From Flavobacteriales bacterium (GTDB taxonomy: Bacteria; Bacteroidota; Bacteroidia; Palsa-965), in assembly GCA_040377305.1 (NCBI GenBank), contig JBEIPA010000005.1, forward strand, positions 1 to 64,000: a stretch of 64,000 nucleotides of DNA, read 5' to 3'. The stretch's first letter is position 1, and each line of letters starts with the position of its first letter. Position numbers and translations under genes: made by a program. The notes under the pieces were generated by a model, which was not told where the DNA came from, did no database searches, and worked only from the letters and a program-made list of their open reading frames with translations. Positions 9,786 through 20,795 of the stretch are shown one piece after another.

Positions 9786-11322
9786 ATATATTTTCCGGCT
9801 CCTTACGGTAATCATTCTTCTGCTTTCTGCAACACGCATGGAAGCTCAGAATCCATCTGTACTATCGACCGTTTCTCCCTATTCACGTTATGGATTAGGA
9901 GACTTCCAGTTCAACGGTAGTCTTATCAACACCGCATTGGGTGGTGGCGGAATTGGCGTGAGAAGCGATTCTCTCCTTCCTCAATATGTAAGTATGGTCA
10001 ATCCGGCTTCGCTTACTTCACATCCGTTAGTGAATTACGAAATCGCGCTTCACAGCAACACCGTAAGAGTTGAGAATGGCACATCAACAGGAACGTTCAA
10101 CAGAACAACGTTAAGCCACTTCACACTTGCATTCCCGGTTACAAAAACCTGGGGTGCTGCAATTGGTCTTGTTCCATATAGTACAGTTGGTTACAACGTT
10201 GCGCAGGATACTTCGATGGAGAATGTCGGTTCTTTCCAATATCGCTATGAAGGCGGCGGTGGAATCAGTCAGGTATTTGCTGCAAATGCATTCCGTCCTT
10301 TCGGATTTATGCCGCGCAGATTTGTACTCTCTTCTAAGTACGATGAATTGCGCGCAAATGGCGACACGAGTGCGATCAAATCCAAAATGCAGTTGCGCAA
10401 CAACCTTGCTAACATTTCTGTTGGTGTGAATGTTTCGTATCTGTTCGGATCACTCATCAACATTCGCCGCGATGTGTTTCCTGATTCACTAAACACGTTC
10501 AACACGAAAATTACGAAGTACACAACTTTCCGTGACGTCTATGTTACCGGTGGAATTCAATACACATTCCGTTTTAGACGCACACTCAATCCGAAATACA
10601 TTGCAATGCCCGATTCAACGGTAACCAACACGAAACTATTCGGGAATCGTTACTATTTCAAGACAGCTGAAGGAATCGATACAGCACAACTCTTCCTTAA
10701 ACAGCCGGGGGCGCGGGTTACATTCGGAATGGTTTTCGCTCCACCTACCGACATCAATATTTCTTACGATCTGCTCGCGCAAACTTACAAGCAGCTCGGC
10801 ACCATCGAAAATATTAAAGACACGGTTGCTAATTTTCTTGCTGTTCCATCACGCGCTTCACTGCCAATGATGGGTGGAATCGGATTTGCAATCAAGAAAG
10901 ATTATAAGTGGATGTTCCAGGCCGATTACACCATGCAGATGTGGCAGGACTTCCGTTATATGGGCAACACGATTGACCTCAAGAACAGTCAACGTATCAC
11001 AGCAGGATTTCAACTCCAGCCTAAGCAAGCAGGTCGCGGTGGATTCATGAGTGCCACGCAATATCGTCTTGGTGCACGTTATTACAAAACGTATCTGGAA
11101 CTGAATAGCACGCGTCTTACGGAGATGAGTGTAAACTTCGGAATGGCATTCCCGCTTCCGTACCGCACGCGATTGGGTGAGCCAATTTCCCGCGTCAACC
11201 TGAACATTGAAGCTGGTCAGCGCGGAACACTGTCGGCAGGTTTACTGAAGGAATCTTACATCCGTGTAACACTCGGACTCACGATCAACGATCGTTGGTT
11301 CATGCGTTACAAGCTCGATTAA
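9760..11322 (+). CDS. Outer-membrane beta-barrel protein (FadL-like, conserved between coaX and lptC)
   Basis: SPYSRYGLG and NPAS N-terminal motifs; C-terminal NDRWF. Confidence 0.8.
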   Translation: MWQIALRGKYIFRLLTVIILLLSATRMEAQNPSVLSTVSPYSRYGLGDFQFNGSLINTALGGGGIGVRSDSLLPQYVSMVNPASLTSHPLVNYEIALHSNTVRVENGTSTGTFNRTTLSHFTLAFPVTKTWGAAIGLVPYSTVGYNVAQDTSMENVGSFQYRYEGGGGISQVFAANAFRPFGFMPRRFVLSSKYDELRANGDTSAIKSKMQLRNNLANISVGVNVSYLFGSLINIRRDVFPDSLNTFNTKITKYTTFRDVYVTGGIQYTFRFRRTLNPKYIAMPDSTVTNTKLFGNRYYFKTAEGIDTAQLFLKQPGARVTFGMVFAPPTDINISYDLLAQTYKQLGTIENIKDTVANFLAVPSRASLPMMGGIGFAIKKDYKWMFQADYTMQMWQDFRYMGNTIDLKNSQRITAGFQLQPKQAGRGGFMSATQYRLGARYYKTYLELNSTRLTEMSVNFGMAFPLPYRTRLGEPISRVNLNIEAGQRGTLSAGLLKESYIRVTLGLTINDRWFMRYKLD

Positions 11323-11333
11323 TTTTTCTGCAC

Positions 11334-11882
11334 ATGCGCAGCATAATCTCATACGGCATTGCGCTTTCTTTTTTGCTGGGATTTTTTTCCTGCAAGAATG
11401 ACCCTGTGGAAGTAAATGAACTTACCCGGAAAGACACATTGCCTCTACTCACTACTCAAAATGTAGATTTGCTCGTAAGCGATTCTGCGAAGCTGAAAGT
11501 TCACCTTACCGCCCCGCGTGAAGAAGATTTCGCCGGAGATGATCCGCGTTCTGTTTTTCGTCAGGGTGTGTACATCGAATTTTTCGATAGCGTTGGCAAC
11601 ATTAACAGCCACATGGAAGCCATGTATGGTGAACGTCGCCCGAAAAAACAGGAAACCATTGTGAAACGTAAAGTAGTGGTGGTGAATGTCGATGGCGATA
11701 AATTAGAAACTGAAAAATTAATCTGGGACGAGCGCAATCAGAAAATTTACACTGATGCAGCAGTAAAGATTACCACTGCCGAACAGATTTTGTTTGGAAA
11801 TGGAATGACTGCCGATTCCGATTTTACGAATTACGAAATCACCGAACCTACCGGATCGATCTGGCTGAACGATAACGAATAA
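11334..11882 (+). CDS. lptC: LPS export periplasmic protein LptC
   Basis: Lipobox FFSC; LETEKLIWD...IYTD..V.I motif; synteny. Confidence 0.88.
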   Translation: MRSIISYGIALSFLLGFFSCKNDPVEVNELTRKDTLPLLTTQNVDLLVSDSAKLKVHLTAPREEDFAGDDPRSVFRQGVYIEFFDSVGNINSHMEAMYGERRPKKQETIVKRKVVVVNVDGDKLETEKLIWDERNQKIYTDAAVKITTAEQILFGNGMTADSDFTNYEITEPTGSIWLNDNE

Positions 11883-12115
11883 TGCACATGAAAAAATATT
11901 TACGCGCAACACAAATGGTTTGGCTGGGAATGGCCATCCTCGCTTTAGGAACAACCATTTTCATGTTCGTCAAAGGTGCCCAGGACAACGGGATTTTCTG
12001 TCTCATGATCACCCTATTCTGTGCCGTGATGTGGAATATGCGTCGCATGTTCAATAACAAGATGGAACGGGAGTGGAAGAAACGGGAGGAAGAATTTAAC
12101 AACTCCAAAAAGTAG
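11882..12115 (+). CDS. Small two-TM hypothetical protein
   Basis: Coupled to the lptC stop; two hydrophobic helices and charged tail. Confidence 0.7.
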   Translation: MHMKKYLRATQMVWLGMAILALGTTIFMFVKGAQDNGIFCLMITLFCAVMWNMRRMFNNKMEREWKKREEEFNNSKK

Positions 12116-12259
12116 TTGATTTTCAGCACTTTACAATCGCCCAAAATAACCCTTTGGGGGCTGATTTTCGCTCCGGTCGCCCATCTCCAATCTCCCATCT
12201 TTTCCCCTTCCTCCATTGGGACCTATGTCGTATATTCGCGTCCCGAATTATAGAATAGT

Positions 12260-14467
12260 ATGGCATCAGAAAACAAATCAACTCCGGCACCACAAAGTTT
12301 GAAGCCGAAGAAAGAGGAGAACAAGACAGTTCTTTCCCGCATCCGTTCACGCGTAGGTGTACTCGTATTCGTTGTATTCCTCGCATTGGCGGCATTCATT
12401 CTCACTGATCTTATCAGTGGCGGAATGGGTGGTCCATCAGTCAGCGACGTTGGCGAAATCAACGGGAACTCCGTTTCAGTTCGTGAATTCCAGACGATGG
12501 TAGACGAATACACTGGCGAACGTCAGCTCTCTGAACAGCAGCAAGAGCAAATGCGCGAAGGTGTTTGGCAGGAGTTAATTTACAAGCACGTTTACGAGCC
12601 TGAGTTTGATGAACTCGGTTTGTCGTTGACAGATAGCGAGCTTGCTGACCAGATGATGGGAAGCATGCCTTCACCGTACATGAACCAGTATTTTCAGGAT
12701 CAGCAAACAGGAGCAATCTCTCCGCAATTTGCAGGACCTGATGGCGCGTTAAGCGGTCAGAAAATCCGTGCGTTTGTAGGAACCATGCAGCCTGAACAGG
12801 AATCGCAGTGGATTTCTATCGAGAAGGAAATGCGCAAGACGCTTATCCGCGAGAAATACAACCAGCTTCTCCGTAAAGGAATTTACGTTACAACGGCGCA
12901 GGCAAAACACGAATACGCAGACGAAAACACGAAGTACAACTTCAAGTTTATCGTGAAGCGTTACAGTGATGTTGCTGATACTACAATTGCAGTTACTGAC
13001 GAAGAGCTTCAGAATTATTACAACGCGAATACCTACAAATTCAAGCAGCGTGAATCGCAGCGTGCAATTGAGTACGTAACGTTCGACATTTTCCCTTCTG
13101 CAGATGATATCGCAGATCAGCGTAACGAAATGGAAGGCTTGAAAGACAAATTCAAAGCACAAAAGAACTCGAAAGAAGATTCAATTTTCGTACTCGCAAA
13201 CAGCGATGATGGCATGTACATGAAACAGAATCTTCGTGGTGGAACTTTCCCGGTAGGATCTGACAGCGCATTCCTGAAAGCATCACTTGGTGAAGTGCTC
13301 GGGCCGTTTAATCAGGGCGACCAGATTTCTGTTTACAAAGTTACTGGTCAGACTACAAGTGCTGACTCGGCAAAAGTTCGTCACATTCTCTTCGCTTACA
13401 AAGGCGGAGCAAGCGCTGCACCTGATGTAACGCGTTCAAAAGAACAAGCGAAACAACGTGCTGACAGTCTGCAACGCGCAATCAAAAAAGGCGCGAAGAT
13501 GGAAGACCTCGTAGAGAAGTATACTGATGATCCGGGTTCTAAAGCCGGAAACAAAGGTGACTACGGTTGGTTCACACCAGAAAGCGGATTCGTACAGCCG
13601 TTTAAAGACGCAGGTTTCAACAACAACAAAGGAGACGTAGTTGTAGTAGAAACAGATTTCGGTTACCACGTAATTCAGGTTCTCGACAAAACGCTTCCTA
13701 GCCGTAAGGTTGAAGTAGTTGCGGTGAACAAAAAAGTGGTTGCTTCTGAAACTACAATCCGTAGCATCTACAACAGCGCTGCAGAATTCGCAGGAACAAA
13801 CAACAACGCTGAATTATTCGACGCTGCTGTGAAGAAAGACAACATGAACCTTCTTACTGCCGGAGAAATCCAGGAGAATTCGAAATACATCAACGGCGTT
13901 GAGAATCCACGTGATCTGGTTCGCTGGATGTACGACGAAGAAACAACTGTTGGTTCTGTGTCTCAACCGTTCACAAGCGGAGAGCGTTATGTTGTCGCTA
14001 AACTTTCGAAAGTACTTGACAAAGGAATCAAGCCTTTGGACGAAGTACGCGAGATGTGTGAAATCGAAGTACGTAAGCAGAAGAAAGCAGAAATGTTTAT
14101 CGCTGAGCTTAACAAATCAAAAGGTGCTACACTCGACGTATGGGCTGCAAACGCAAAACTTACTGCTCAGCCAGGTGCTAACGTAACTTTCGCTGCACCT
14201 TATGTTCAGGGTGCAGGTTACGAAGGTGATGTAGTTGCGATACTTACTACACTGAAGCCTGGCACAACTCCTTCAGCTCCTATCAAAGGAACAATGGGTG
14301 TTTACGTTGTTGTGCTTGAGTCAGTAACTCCTGCAGAACCGCTTGTTGATGTTAAAGGTCAGCAAACGCGTTTGATCCAGGGCGCAGCTTCACGTGCTGA
14401 TGGTGCAGCCGGCGATGTTCTCAAAGAAAATGCGAACATCATCGACAACCGTGCGAAACACTTCTAA
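12260..14467 (+). CDS. ppiD: PpiD-like periplasmic chaperone / parvulin peptidyl-prolyl isomerase
   Basis: N-terminal TM, SurA_N-like region, VRHIL...GDYGWF...ETDFGYHVI parvulin domain. Confidence 0.88.
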   Translation: MASENKSTPAPQSLKPKKEENKTVLSRIRSRVGVLVFVVFLALAAFILTDLISGGMGGPSVSDVGEINGNSVSVREFQTMVDEYTGERQLSEQQQEQMREGVWQELIYKHVYEPEFDELGLSLTDSELADQMMGSMPSPYMNQYFQDQQTGAISPQFAGPDGALSGQKIRAFVGTMQPEQESQWISIEKEMRKTLIREKYNQLLRKGIYVTTAQAKHEYADENTKYNFKFIVKRYSDVADTTIAVTDEELQNYYNANTYKFKQRESQRAIEYVTFDIFPSADDIADQRNEMEGLKDKFKAQKNSKEDSIFVLANSDDGMYMKQNLRGGTFPVGSDSAFLKASLGEVLGPFNQGDQISVYKVTGQTTSADSAKVRHILFAYKGGASAAPDVTRSKEQAKQRADSLQRAIKKGAKMEDLVEKYTDDPGSKAGNKGDYGWFTPESGFVQPFKDAGFNNNKGDVVVVETDFGYHVIQVLDKTLPSRKVEVVAVNKKVVASETTIRSIYNSAAEFAGTNNNAELFDAAVKKDNMNLLTAGEIQENSKYINGVENPRDLVRWMYDEETTVGSVSQPFTSGERYVVAKLSKVLDKGIKPLDEVREMCEIEVRKQKKAEMFIAELNKSKGATLDVWAANAKLTAQPGANVTFAAPYVQGAGYEGDVVAILTTLKPGTTPSAPIKGTMGVYVVVLESVTPAEPLVDVKGQQTRLIQGAASRADGAAGDVLKENANIIDNRAKHF

Positions 14468-14485
14468 AGAATAAAAGCAATACAT

Positions 14486-14524
14486 AAAACGTCCCGACAA
14501 TCGCAAAAGATGTCGGGACGTTTT
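14486..14524 (+). terminator. Intrinsic terminator after ppiD
   Basis: AAAACGTCCCGACA / TGTCGGGACGTTTT inverted repeat. Confidence 0.8.
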
Positions 14525-14545
14525 GGTTTCCGGTATTTCTACGTG

Positions 14546-15664
14546 ATGGCAATCAGTCTTTCAAAACGCATCCGCCTCAAGCTCCTGCACTACATCAATC
14601 TTGTAGTCGGAAAGCTTGTTGATTTGCTCACGCGAATTGGGCTGTGGGGAAAAGTCCCGTACACCGTTCTTGGTCACTACGGCGACGTGATTGAAGTCAC
14701 GCATGCATATCCGGAAAACTACAAGCCGGAAGACAAGCCGAAGTTCGATGAGTGGAAGCAGTATAAAACCTTTCCGCACGATTTGTTTCGCGTGGAAAAT
14801 GTTTTGCTCACTTCTGATGGAATTACTCTGAAGAAGCATCGCACGTTTATTCCTGCGCTGCCCCATCCTATTTTCCGGAATCAGTACGGTGTGCTCTACA
14901 ACCTGTACGTACGGCTGTTTTACCGTAAACAGAATTTTCCGGCCGACAAAAAGTACCTGCTCGTGTATGACAACTGGTCGTGGAATAATTATTTCCACTG
15001 GGTGATTGACTCGCTATGTCGTCTGCAACTGATGCACGATAATGTGCCGGAAAAATTCACCGTGATTCTTCCTGAGAAATCGCCCGCGTATCTAACGGAA
15101 ACACTGAAGCTGTACGGTTACAACGACATTCTGTATCTCCCCGAAAATTCGAAAGTGCGTTTACCGAATCTTCATGTGATGAATTATGCAGCCTGGAGCG
15201 GACAGCAGCATCCGGAAATTCTGGGCAAAATGGTGCAGTTTGTAAAAGCGAAACTATCGCCAATTGCCAGTGCATCGCGAAGAGTTTACGTTAGTCGTTC
15301 TCGCGCCTATTCACGAAAGATTGAAAACGAAGCTGAAGTTGTTGAGTTGCTGAAGTCGTACGATTTCGAAATTGTGTACTTCGAAGGAATGAAATTCGAA
15401 GAGCAGGTAAAGCTCATGAGCGAGGTGAACTATTTTGTGACCAGCCATGGCGCAAACATGACCAATGTAATCTGGTTACCACAAGAAGCACAAATACTCG
15501 AGCTGTTACGTTTAGAAGGTCGGCCGAATTTCTGTTACTGGTCAATTGCTTCATCCTTGCGGCTCCGTTACAATTATCAGTTAAGTGCGGTTGCAGGCGG
15601 TGATAATATTCAGGTGAACATTCCCGCACTGAGGAAAAACCTCGAAGCCATTTTGCAGAAATAA
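14546..15664 (+). CDS. Glycosyltransferase family 61 (DUF563) protein
   Basis: NYFHW, YVSR...RKIENE, HGANMTN motifs. Confidence 0.88.
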   Translation: MAISLSKRIRLKLLHYINLVVGKLVDLLTRIGLWGKVPYTVLGHYGDVIEVTHAYPENYKPEDKPKFDEWKQYKTFPHDLFRVENVLLTSDGITLKKHRTFIPALPHPIFRNQYGVLYNLYVRLFYRKQNFPADKKYLLVYDNWSWNNYFHWVIDSLCRLQLMHDNVPEKFTVILPEKSPAYLTETLKLYGYNDILYLPENSKVRLPNLHVMNYAAWSGQQHPEILGKMVQFVKAKLSPIASASRRVYVSRSRAYSRKIENEAEVVELLKSYDFEIVYFEGMKFEEQVKLMSEVNYFVTSHGANMTNVIWLPQEAQILELLRLEGRPNFCYWSIASSLRLRYNYQLSAVAGGDNIQVNIPALRKNLEAILQK

Positions 15665-15679
15665 ATTGTATTTTTCGCT

Positions 15680-16015
15680 ATGCAAATTTACCTGGTTCCA
15701 TTCTCTTTGCTCGACATTGTGCTTCTTTCACCGGTGTATGCGTACATCACGTGGCTGATCCTGCGCAAGGTTATGCGAAAGAAGAGAGGGTTCACCGGAT
15801 TTCTCACCTGGTCGTTTATTATTCACGCTGCTATAGTTCCGATATTCTGGATACTTCACTTTTGCGGCGCGTGGGGCTTTGTAGAATCTGAGCAAAAACA
15901 TTTTGATCCGGTTACTATTACTGGTCACGTGGGTGGATTCTTAACGCTTTATGCCCTCTTTTGTGGTGGCTTGACGGTGGCGGCGTTGGCGTATGTGAAA
16001 AGAAGGTCTGCCTAA
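15680..16015 (+). CDS. Hypothetical three-TM membrane protein
   Basis: ORF with three hydrophobic segments. Confidence 0.65.
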   Translation: MQIYLVPFSLLDIVLLSPVYAYITWLILRKVMRKKRGFTGFLTWSFIIHAAIVPIFWILHFCGAWGFVESEQKHFDPVTITGHVGGFLTLYALFCGGLTVAALAYVKRRSA

Positions 16016-16016
16016 T

Positions 16017-16209
16017 TGGAACGCGGTTTTGTGTGTGTTAGGTGCGAGTGTAACCCTCGGATCATTTTGGTATTCAGAAAGTGTACTGAAATGGATTTGA
16101 TGAGATAGGTTTAAGTTTATCTCATAAGATCGAGTACCGAAAGTTGTCGTTTAGTAGTGTCATCCGAGCGAGGAATTAGCAAACATCGAACTTAAAAATC
16201 CGCGTTCCA
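16017..16209. repeat. Intergenic element bounded by inverted repeats
   Basis: TGGAACGCGG (16017-16026) / CCGCGTTCCA (16200-16209), with nested complementary segments. Confidence 0.55.
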
Positions 16210-16211
16210 TT

Positions 16212-17495
16212 TTATCTCAGGATCAATAGCCGCTGCGAATCCAGCTTCACGAAAATAAATAGCAGGATCGTGAACGAGATCAACGACGATCCACCGTAGC
16301 TGAAGAACGGCAGTGGAATTCCGATCACAGGAAGCAAGCCAACCGTCATTCCAACATTCACCAGCAAGTGAAATAAAAATATCGCGGCGACGGCGTAACC
16401 ATAAATTCGTGTGAAGTCGCTTCGTTGTCGTTCGGAGAGAATGATGATGCGGGTGATTAAGGTCAGGTATAATAAGATCACTGCAGTGCAACCCACAAAG
16501 CCCCACTCCTCGCCCACCGTACAGAAAATAAAATCTGTTTCCTGTTCAGGCACGAAGCGGAATTTAGTTTGTGTTCCCTGCAAATAACCTTTGCCCCAGA
16601 ATCCTCCGGAACCAATTGCGATCAGTGACTGCTTCGTGTTGTACCCGAAGCGATCTTCTGTTGGCCGGTCAACTTCCATCCCTAGCCAAACTTTGATTCG
16701 ACCTGTTTGGTGTTCCGGCATTTCTTCGATCACCTTCGCAGAGACGAACATTATGCCGGATAAATAAACGACTGCTATGAAAGAAAAAAGAATCTGGTTA
16801 AATGTTTTTTTTCTCAGCATCAGGATTCTGACAATTGCAATAGCCGCCAAGATTCCTGCTACAATCCAAATGACGTCTTCGTATTTCATTCCAATCACCA
16901 TAGCAAAGATGGAAATCAGGCCTAGCATCAATATCCAACCCGGAATGAGTCCTTCCCGGTACAACACCATAACAAGCGCACCGAACACCAACGAAACTCC
17001 CGTTTCACTCTGAAGTCCAATCATAATCAACACCGGAACCACGATGATGCCGAATGAAATAAAGAAGTCCGTCAACTTATCCCTTTTGCCTTGCGCACTC
17101 AGGAACTTCGCAAGCGCAAGTGCTGTTGCCCATTTCGCAAACTCTGCCGGCTGCAGCGTGAAACCACCAAACTTGAACCAGGAGTGACTGCCTTTCACTT
17201 CATCCCCGGCAAACGCTACAATTATGTTGAGTAAGACAATTGCGCCGTAAAAGATAAATGCCGTCGCCGTGAAGAATGAAGCGTCTACAACAAGAATTGC
17301 GATCGCCAGCACGAAAGAGACGAGAATAAACACCATTTGTTTGCTTTCCTGTCTCGAGAAATCGAACACATCGCTTTTAACAGGATCGTAAACTGCGGAG
17401 TATATATTCATCCAGCCGAAAATGACGAGCACGACAAATATTCCAACGATGAGCCAGTCAACGTTGTAAAATATCCGCTCGCTTTTTTCTCTCAT
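16212..17495 (-). CDS. rodA: Rod shape-determining protein RodA (SEDS)
   Basis: LQPAEFAK, AIGSGG, VPEQETDFIF, IPLPFFSYGGSS. Confidence 0.97.
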   Translation of the reverse strand: MREKSERIFYNVDWLIVGIFVVLVIFGWMNIYSAVYDPVKSDVFDFSRQESKQMVFILVSFVLAIAILVVDASFFTATAFIFYGAIVLLNIIVAFAGDEVKGSHSWFKFGGFTLQPAEFAKWATALALAKFLSAQGKRDKLTDFFISFGIIVVPVLIMIGLQSETGVSLVFGALVMVLYREGLIPGWILMLGLISIFAMVIGMKYEDVIWIVAGILAAIAIVRILMLRKKTFNQILFSFIAVVYLSGIMFVSAKVIEEMPEHQTGRIKVWLGMEVDRPTEDRFGYNTKQSLIAIGSGGFWGKGYLQGTQTKFRFVPEQETDFIFCTVGEEWGFVGCTAVILLYLTLITRIIILSERQRSDFTRIYGYAVAAIFLFHLLVNVGMTVGLLPVIGIPLPFFSYGGSSLISFTILLFIFVKLDSQRLLILR

Positions 17496-19360
17496 CAGTG
17501 AGCTGGTGTAGGTGTTTCCTTCTTGTCTTTGTGAATCAGGTCTGCTTCAAGCATACGCGTTTCCATGTCTTTGCGGGCAATTTCTCCGTTGAGATATTTC
17601 TCCACGCACAAACTGGCAATTGGTGCTGCATACGTTGCACCGAATCCCGCGTTCTCTACAAGAATAGCAATCGCAATTTTCGGATTGTCTCTCGGTGCGA
17701 AGAGTACAAACACCGAGTGGTCATCACCATGCGGATTCTGTGCTGTTCCTGTTTTGCCACACATTTCTATTCCGGGAATCTGCACAGAACGACCTGTTCC
17801 ACCGGTCATTACACGCGCCATCCCTTCTACAACAGCGTCGTATGCAGAACGGTCTGTAACTTTCGTGTAATGTTTCTCGGTCCACTTCTTCACGAATGAA
17901 GTATCGCCGTCAATGGATTTGATGCAATGCGGAATGTGATAGAAACCTCTGTTCGCAATCGTACAAATAATGTTGCACATCTGTACGGGAGTCACACCAA
18001 GTTCGGCCTGTCCGATTCCTAATCCGGCACCAGCAAGATTGATGGACTTCCAACGATCTTTTCCGAAAACTTTATCGTAGTATTCCTTCGATGGAACGTT
18101 GCCTTTGCTTTCGTATGGAAGATCAGTGCCGATGTTCTGACCAACACCAAAACTCAACACGTATTCACGCCATGCCTGATATCCTTCAACCTGGTTCTTG
18201 TACTTCTTGTTGTCAAGAATCGATTTGAACACGTACGTGTAATACGAGTTACAGGAAGTGGCAATAGAACCGTACAAATCCGTCGGGCTTGCGTGCGCGT
18301 GACATTTTGGTTTTGATCCGAGCGGAGGCCAACCACCCGCGCATGGATACGTAGTTGCCGGTGTAAGAACTCCATCCTGCATACCGATGAGCGCATTCAT
18401 CAGTTTGAATGTCGATCCAGGAGGATAACTCGATTGTAATGCACGATTGAACAAAGGTTTTCCGACGGAGTCATTCATCAGTACCGCGTAGTTCTTGGAG
18501 TAGTCCCGCCCCACGAACAGATTGGGATCATACGTTGGACTTGTCACGAGTGCAAGAATTTCTCCTGTCGCAGGCTCAATGGCGCAAAGGCCGCCAATCT
18601 TATTCTGCATGAGCTGCTCGGCGTACAATTGCAAGTCCGCATCGAGTGTTGACACCAAATTTTTTCCTTCGGTGGCAATTGTGTCATACAAGCCATCCAT
18701 GTACTTCCCTTTGATGTTCCCACGAACATCTCGCATGAGAATTCGTACACCCTTCTTGCCTCGGAGAAACTGTTCGTACCCCCGTTCGATTCCGGACTTA
18801 CCAATGTAATCGCCTGACTTGTAATATGGATTCTTCTCAATGTCATTCTCGTTCACTTCTCCGACGTAACCCAGAAGATGTGCTGCAATCGGATACGCAT
18901 ACGTTCGCACAGTACGCGTCTGGAAAGCAAATCCATTGAACTTGTACATCCGTTCTTCGATGCGCGCGTGCAGCTCCGGAAGCATTTGCGATTCGAACAC
19001 GTGCGTTCTGTAGTCGTCCTTGGTTTCTTCCCACACACCAGACAATCTCACAAGGCGCTTTTTAAAATCCTCCATCGTGATATTCAGAATGGCACAGAGT
19101 CCTGCGGTGTCACATCCCTCGAGATCTTTAGGAACCACGAGCAAATCGTACGCAACCTGATTCGACACGAGTAGTTTCCCGTTGCGGTCATAAATAGCAC
19201 CACGCGGCGGATAATCTGTTTCATATTTGAACGCCTGGTTACTCGCAGAAAGTTTGTACTTGTCTTCTACAACCTGAACGTAAAATAAACGCACGGTGTA
19301 GAGGATTGCGCAGAGCACAACAAATCCAATGACGAAGTACTTTCTATCCTGCAGGTTCAT
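17495..19360 (-). CDS. mrdA: Penicillin-binding protein 2
   Basis: PPGSTFK (SxxK), SCN, KTGT motifs. Confidence 0.96.
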   Translation of the reverse strand: MNLQDRKYFVIGFVVLCAILYTVRLFYVQVVEDKYKLSASNQAFKYETDYPPRGAIYDRNGKLLVSNQVAYDLLVVPKDLEGCDTAGLCAILNITMEDFKKRLVRLSGVWEETKDDYRTHVFESQMLPELHARIEERMYKFNGFAFQTRTVRTYAYPIAAHLLGYVGEVNENDIEKNPYYKSGDYIGKSGIERGYEQFLRGKKGVRILMRDVRGNIKGKYMDGLYDTIATEGKNLVSTLDADLQLYAEQLMQNKIGGLCAIEPATGEILALVTSPTYDPNLFVGRDYSKNYAVLMNDSVGKPLFNRALQSSYPPGSTFKLMNALIGMQDGVLTPATTYPCAGGWPPLGSKPKCHAHASPTDLYGSIATSCNSYYTYVFKSILDNKKYKNQVEGYQAWREYVLSFGVGQNIGTDLPYESKGNVPSKEYYDKVFGKDRWKSINLAGAGLGIGQAELGVTPVQMCNIICTIANRGFYHIPHCIKSIDGDTSFVKKWTEKHYTKVTDRSAYDAVVEGMARVMTGGTGRSVQIPGIEMCGKTGTAQNPHGDDHSVFVLFAPRDNPKIAIAILVENAGFGATYAAPIASLCVEKYLNGEIARKDMETRMLEADLIHKDKKETPTPAH

Positions 19361-19875
19361 GCTGATTCACGTGTACGGTAAAACAAGAATTGCGTTACAA
19401 CTACCAGCAGCAATGTAGCCGCCGAACTGAAGAGTACGCGTAATAATGTCCATCCAACTTCAGAGAAACTGAATAGCTCGAGATAGAAAATGAAGAGGTG
19501 ATGAATGATGATGAGAATTGCGGAATATGACAAGAACCAAAGTTTGCCCATGTCCTGAATTGTTGGTTGTTGTCCGAATTCATATCCATCTCGCGGCGCC
19601 ATGAAACGAAGAATGGATGGTCGCGCCCAACCCATGAGCGTACACGCTGCCATGTGCATTCCCATGGTGCCGTAAAAAACATCCACGCAGAATCCAAGGA
19701 AGAATGCGACAGCGAGTCCCAACCACTTCGGCAATTCAAACGGAAGCTGTATGATGAAAAGCACGTAGAGAAACGGATTGATGAGATAACCCGCTTCCAT
19801 GTTTTTCAGAATCAATCCCTGCACGAGAACGAGTCCAACGAAACGAAACGAATGTCTTACTATTTCAGTGAGCAT
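19357..19875 (-). CDS. mreD: Rod shape-determining protein MreD
   Basis: Hydrophobic protein between mreC and mrdA. Confidence 0.92.
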   Translation of the reverse strand: MLTEIVRHSFRFVGLVLVQGLILKNMEAGYLINPFLYVLFIIQLPFELPKWLGLAVAFFLGFCVDVFYGTMGMHMAACTLMGWARPSILRFMAPRDGYEFGQQPTIQDMGKLWFLSYSAILIIIHHLFIFYLELFSFSEVGWTLLRVLFSSAATLLLVVVTQFLFYRTRESA

Positions 19876-20722
19876 CGTTCACCCCTGCTTTCTCTTTTAG
19901 CTGGTCAAGTTCAGGACGCATAAGATCGCGCACAATGTACACGTGATGCAGCTTGCGAAAATCTGTTGTGAATCTCACGCGAACTGTATACGTCTTATCC
20001 CCGCCCTTGCGCTCGAATTGCATCACAGTTCCAACCGGAATTCCCGCGGGGAACGCGTCACCGAATCCGCTTGTGACAAGCGTATCGCCGATCGCAATTT
20101 TTGAGTGCGTAGGCAGATCGACCATTTCACCTTCGCGGTAATCGAGATAATTCCAGGCGAGCTGACCAAACGTGCCGTCGCGTTTCACACTAGCACTGAT
20201 CTTGCAGTCTTTGTGAAGCAACGACATCACCACGCAAAAATTATCGGATACTTCACGAACGATTCCAACAATTCCTCCGGGCGTAATTACACCCATGTCG
20301 GGCTTCACACCCTGCAAAGTGCCGCGGTTGAGAATGATGTAGTTATTGCGCAACGTTACCGTGTTGTCGAGTACCTGTGCCGCGATGTACGAATATCGCA
20401 GACGCTTGACTTCAATGCCAAGTTTCACAGAATCAGTAATCAGAGTAGAAGTCGTGTCGTAATCGAGATAAGCAGTTTCCAGTCTTCCTAGAAGAATTGC
20501 GTTCATCTCCGAGAGCTGAATGTTCTGATCCTTCAGGTCGAAGTACTGAGTAACCTCGTTGCGCGTTTCGTACATCGAACCAATTAAAGCGTTAGAAGCA
20601 GAAACTGCAGCGGCACGCTGGAAATAATTGTGGTTGACTACAAGGGTCAGTGAGATAATCTGCAGCACAAGGAACAGCAGGAAGAAATAATGTCGCGCAA
20701 GAAAAACGATGAGATTCCGCAT
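19865..20722 (-). CDS. mreC: Rod shape-determining protein MreC
   Basis: TM + coiled coil; GDTLVTSG...FPAGIPVG. Confidence 0.95.
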   Translation of the reverse strand: MRNLIVFLARHYFFLLFLVLQIISLTLVVNHNYFQRAAAVSASNALIGSMYETRNEVTQYFDLKDQNIQLSEMNAILLGRLETAYLDYDTTSTLITDSVKLGIEVKRLRYSYIAAQVLDNTVTLRNNYIILNRGTLQGVKPDMGVITPGGIVGIVREVSDNFCVVMSLLHKDCKISASVKRDGTFGQLAWNYLDYREGEMVDLPTHSKIAIGDTLVTSGFGDAFPAGIPVGTVMQFERKGGDKTYTVRVRFTTDFRKLHHVYIVRDLMRPELDQLKEKAGVNDAH

Positions 20723-20795
20723 CGCTTAATGTACCTCCTGAATCAATTAAATTTCAATTAAACAACTCTTTGGTTCCGCTTCCGGAAACTCCCGT

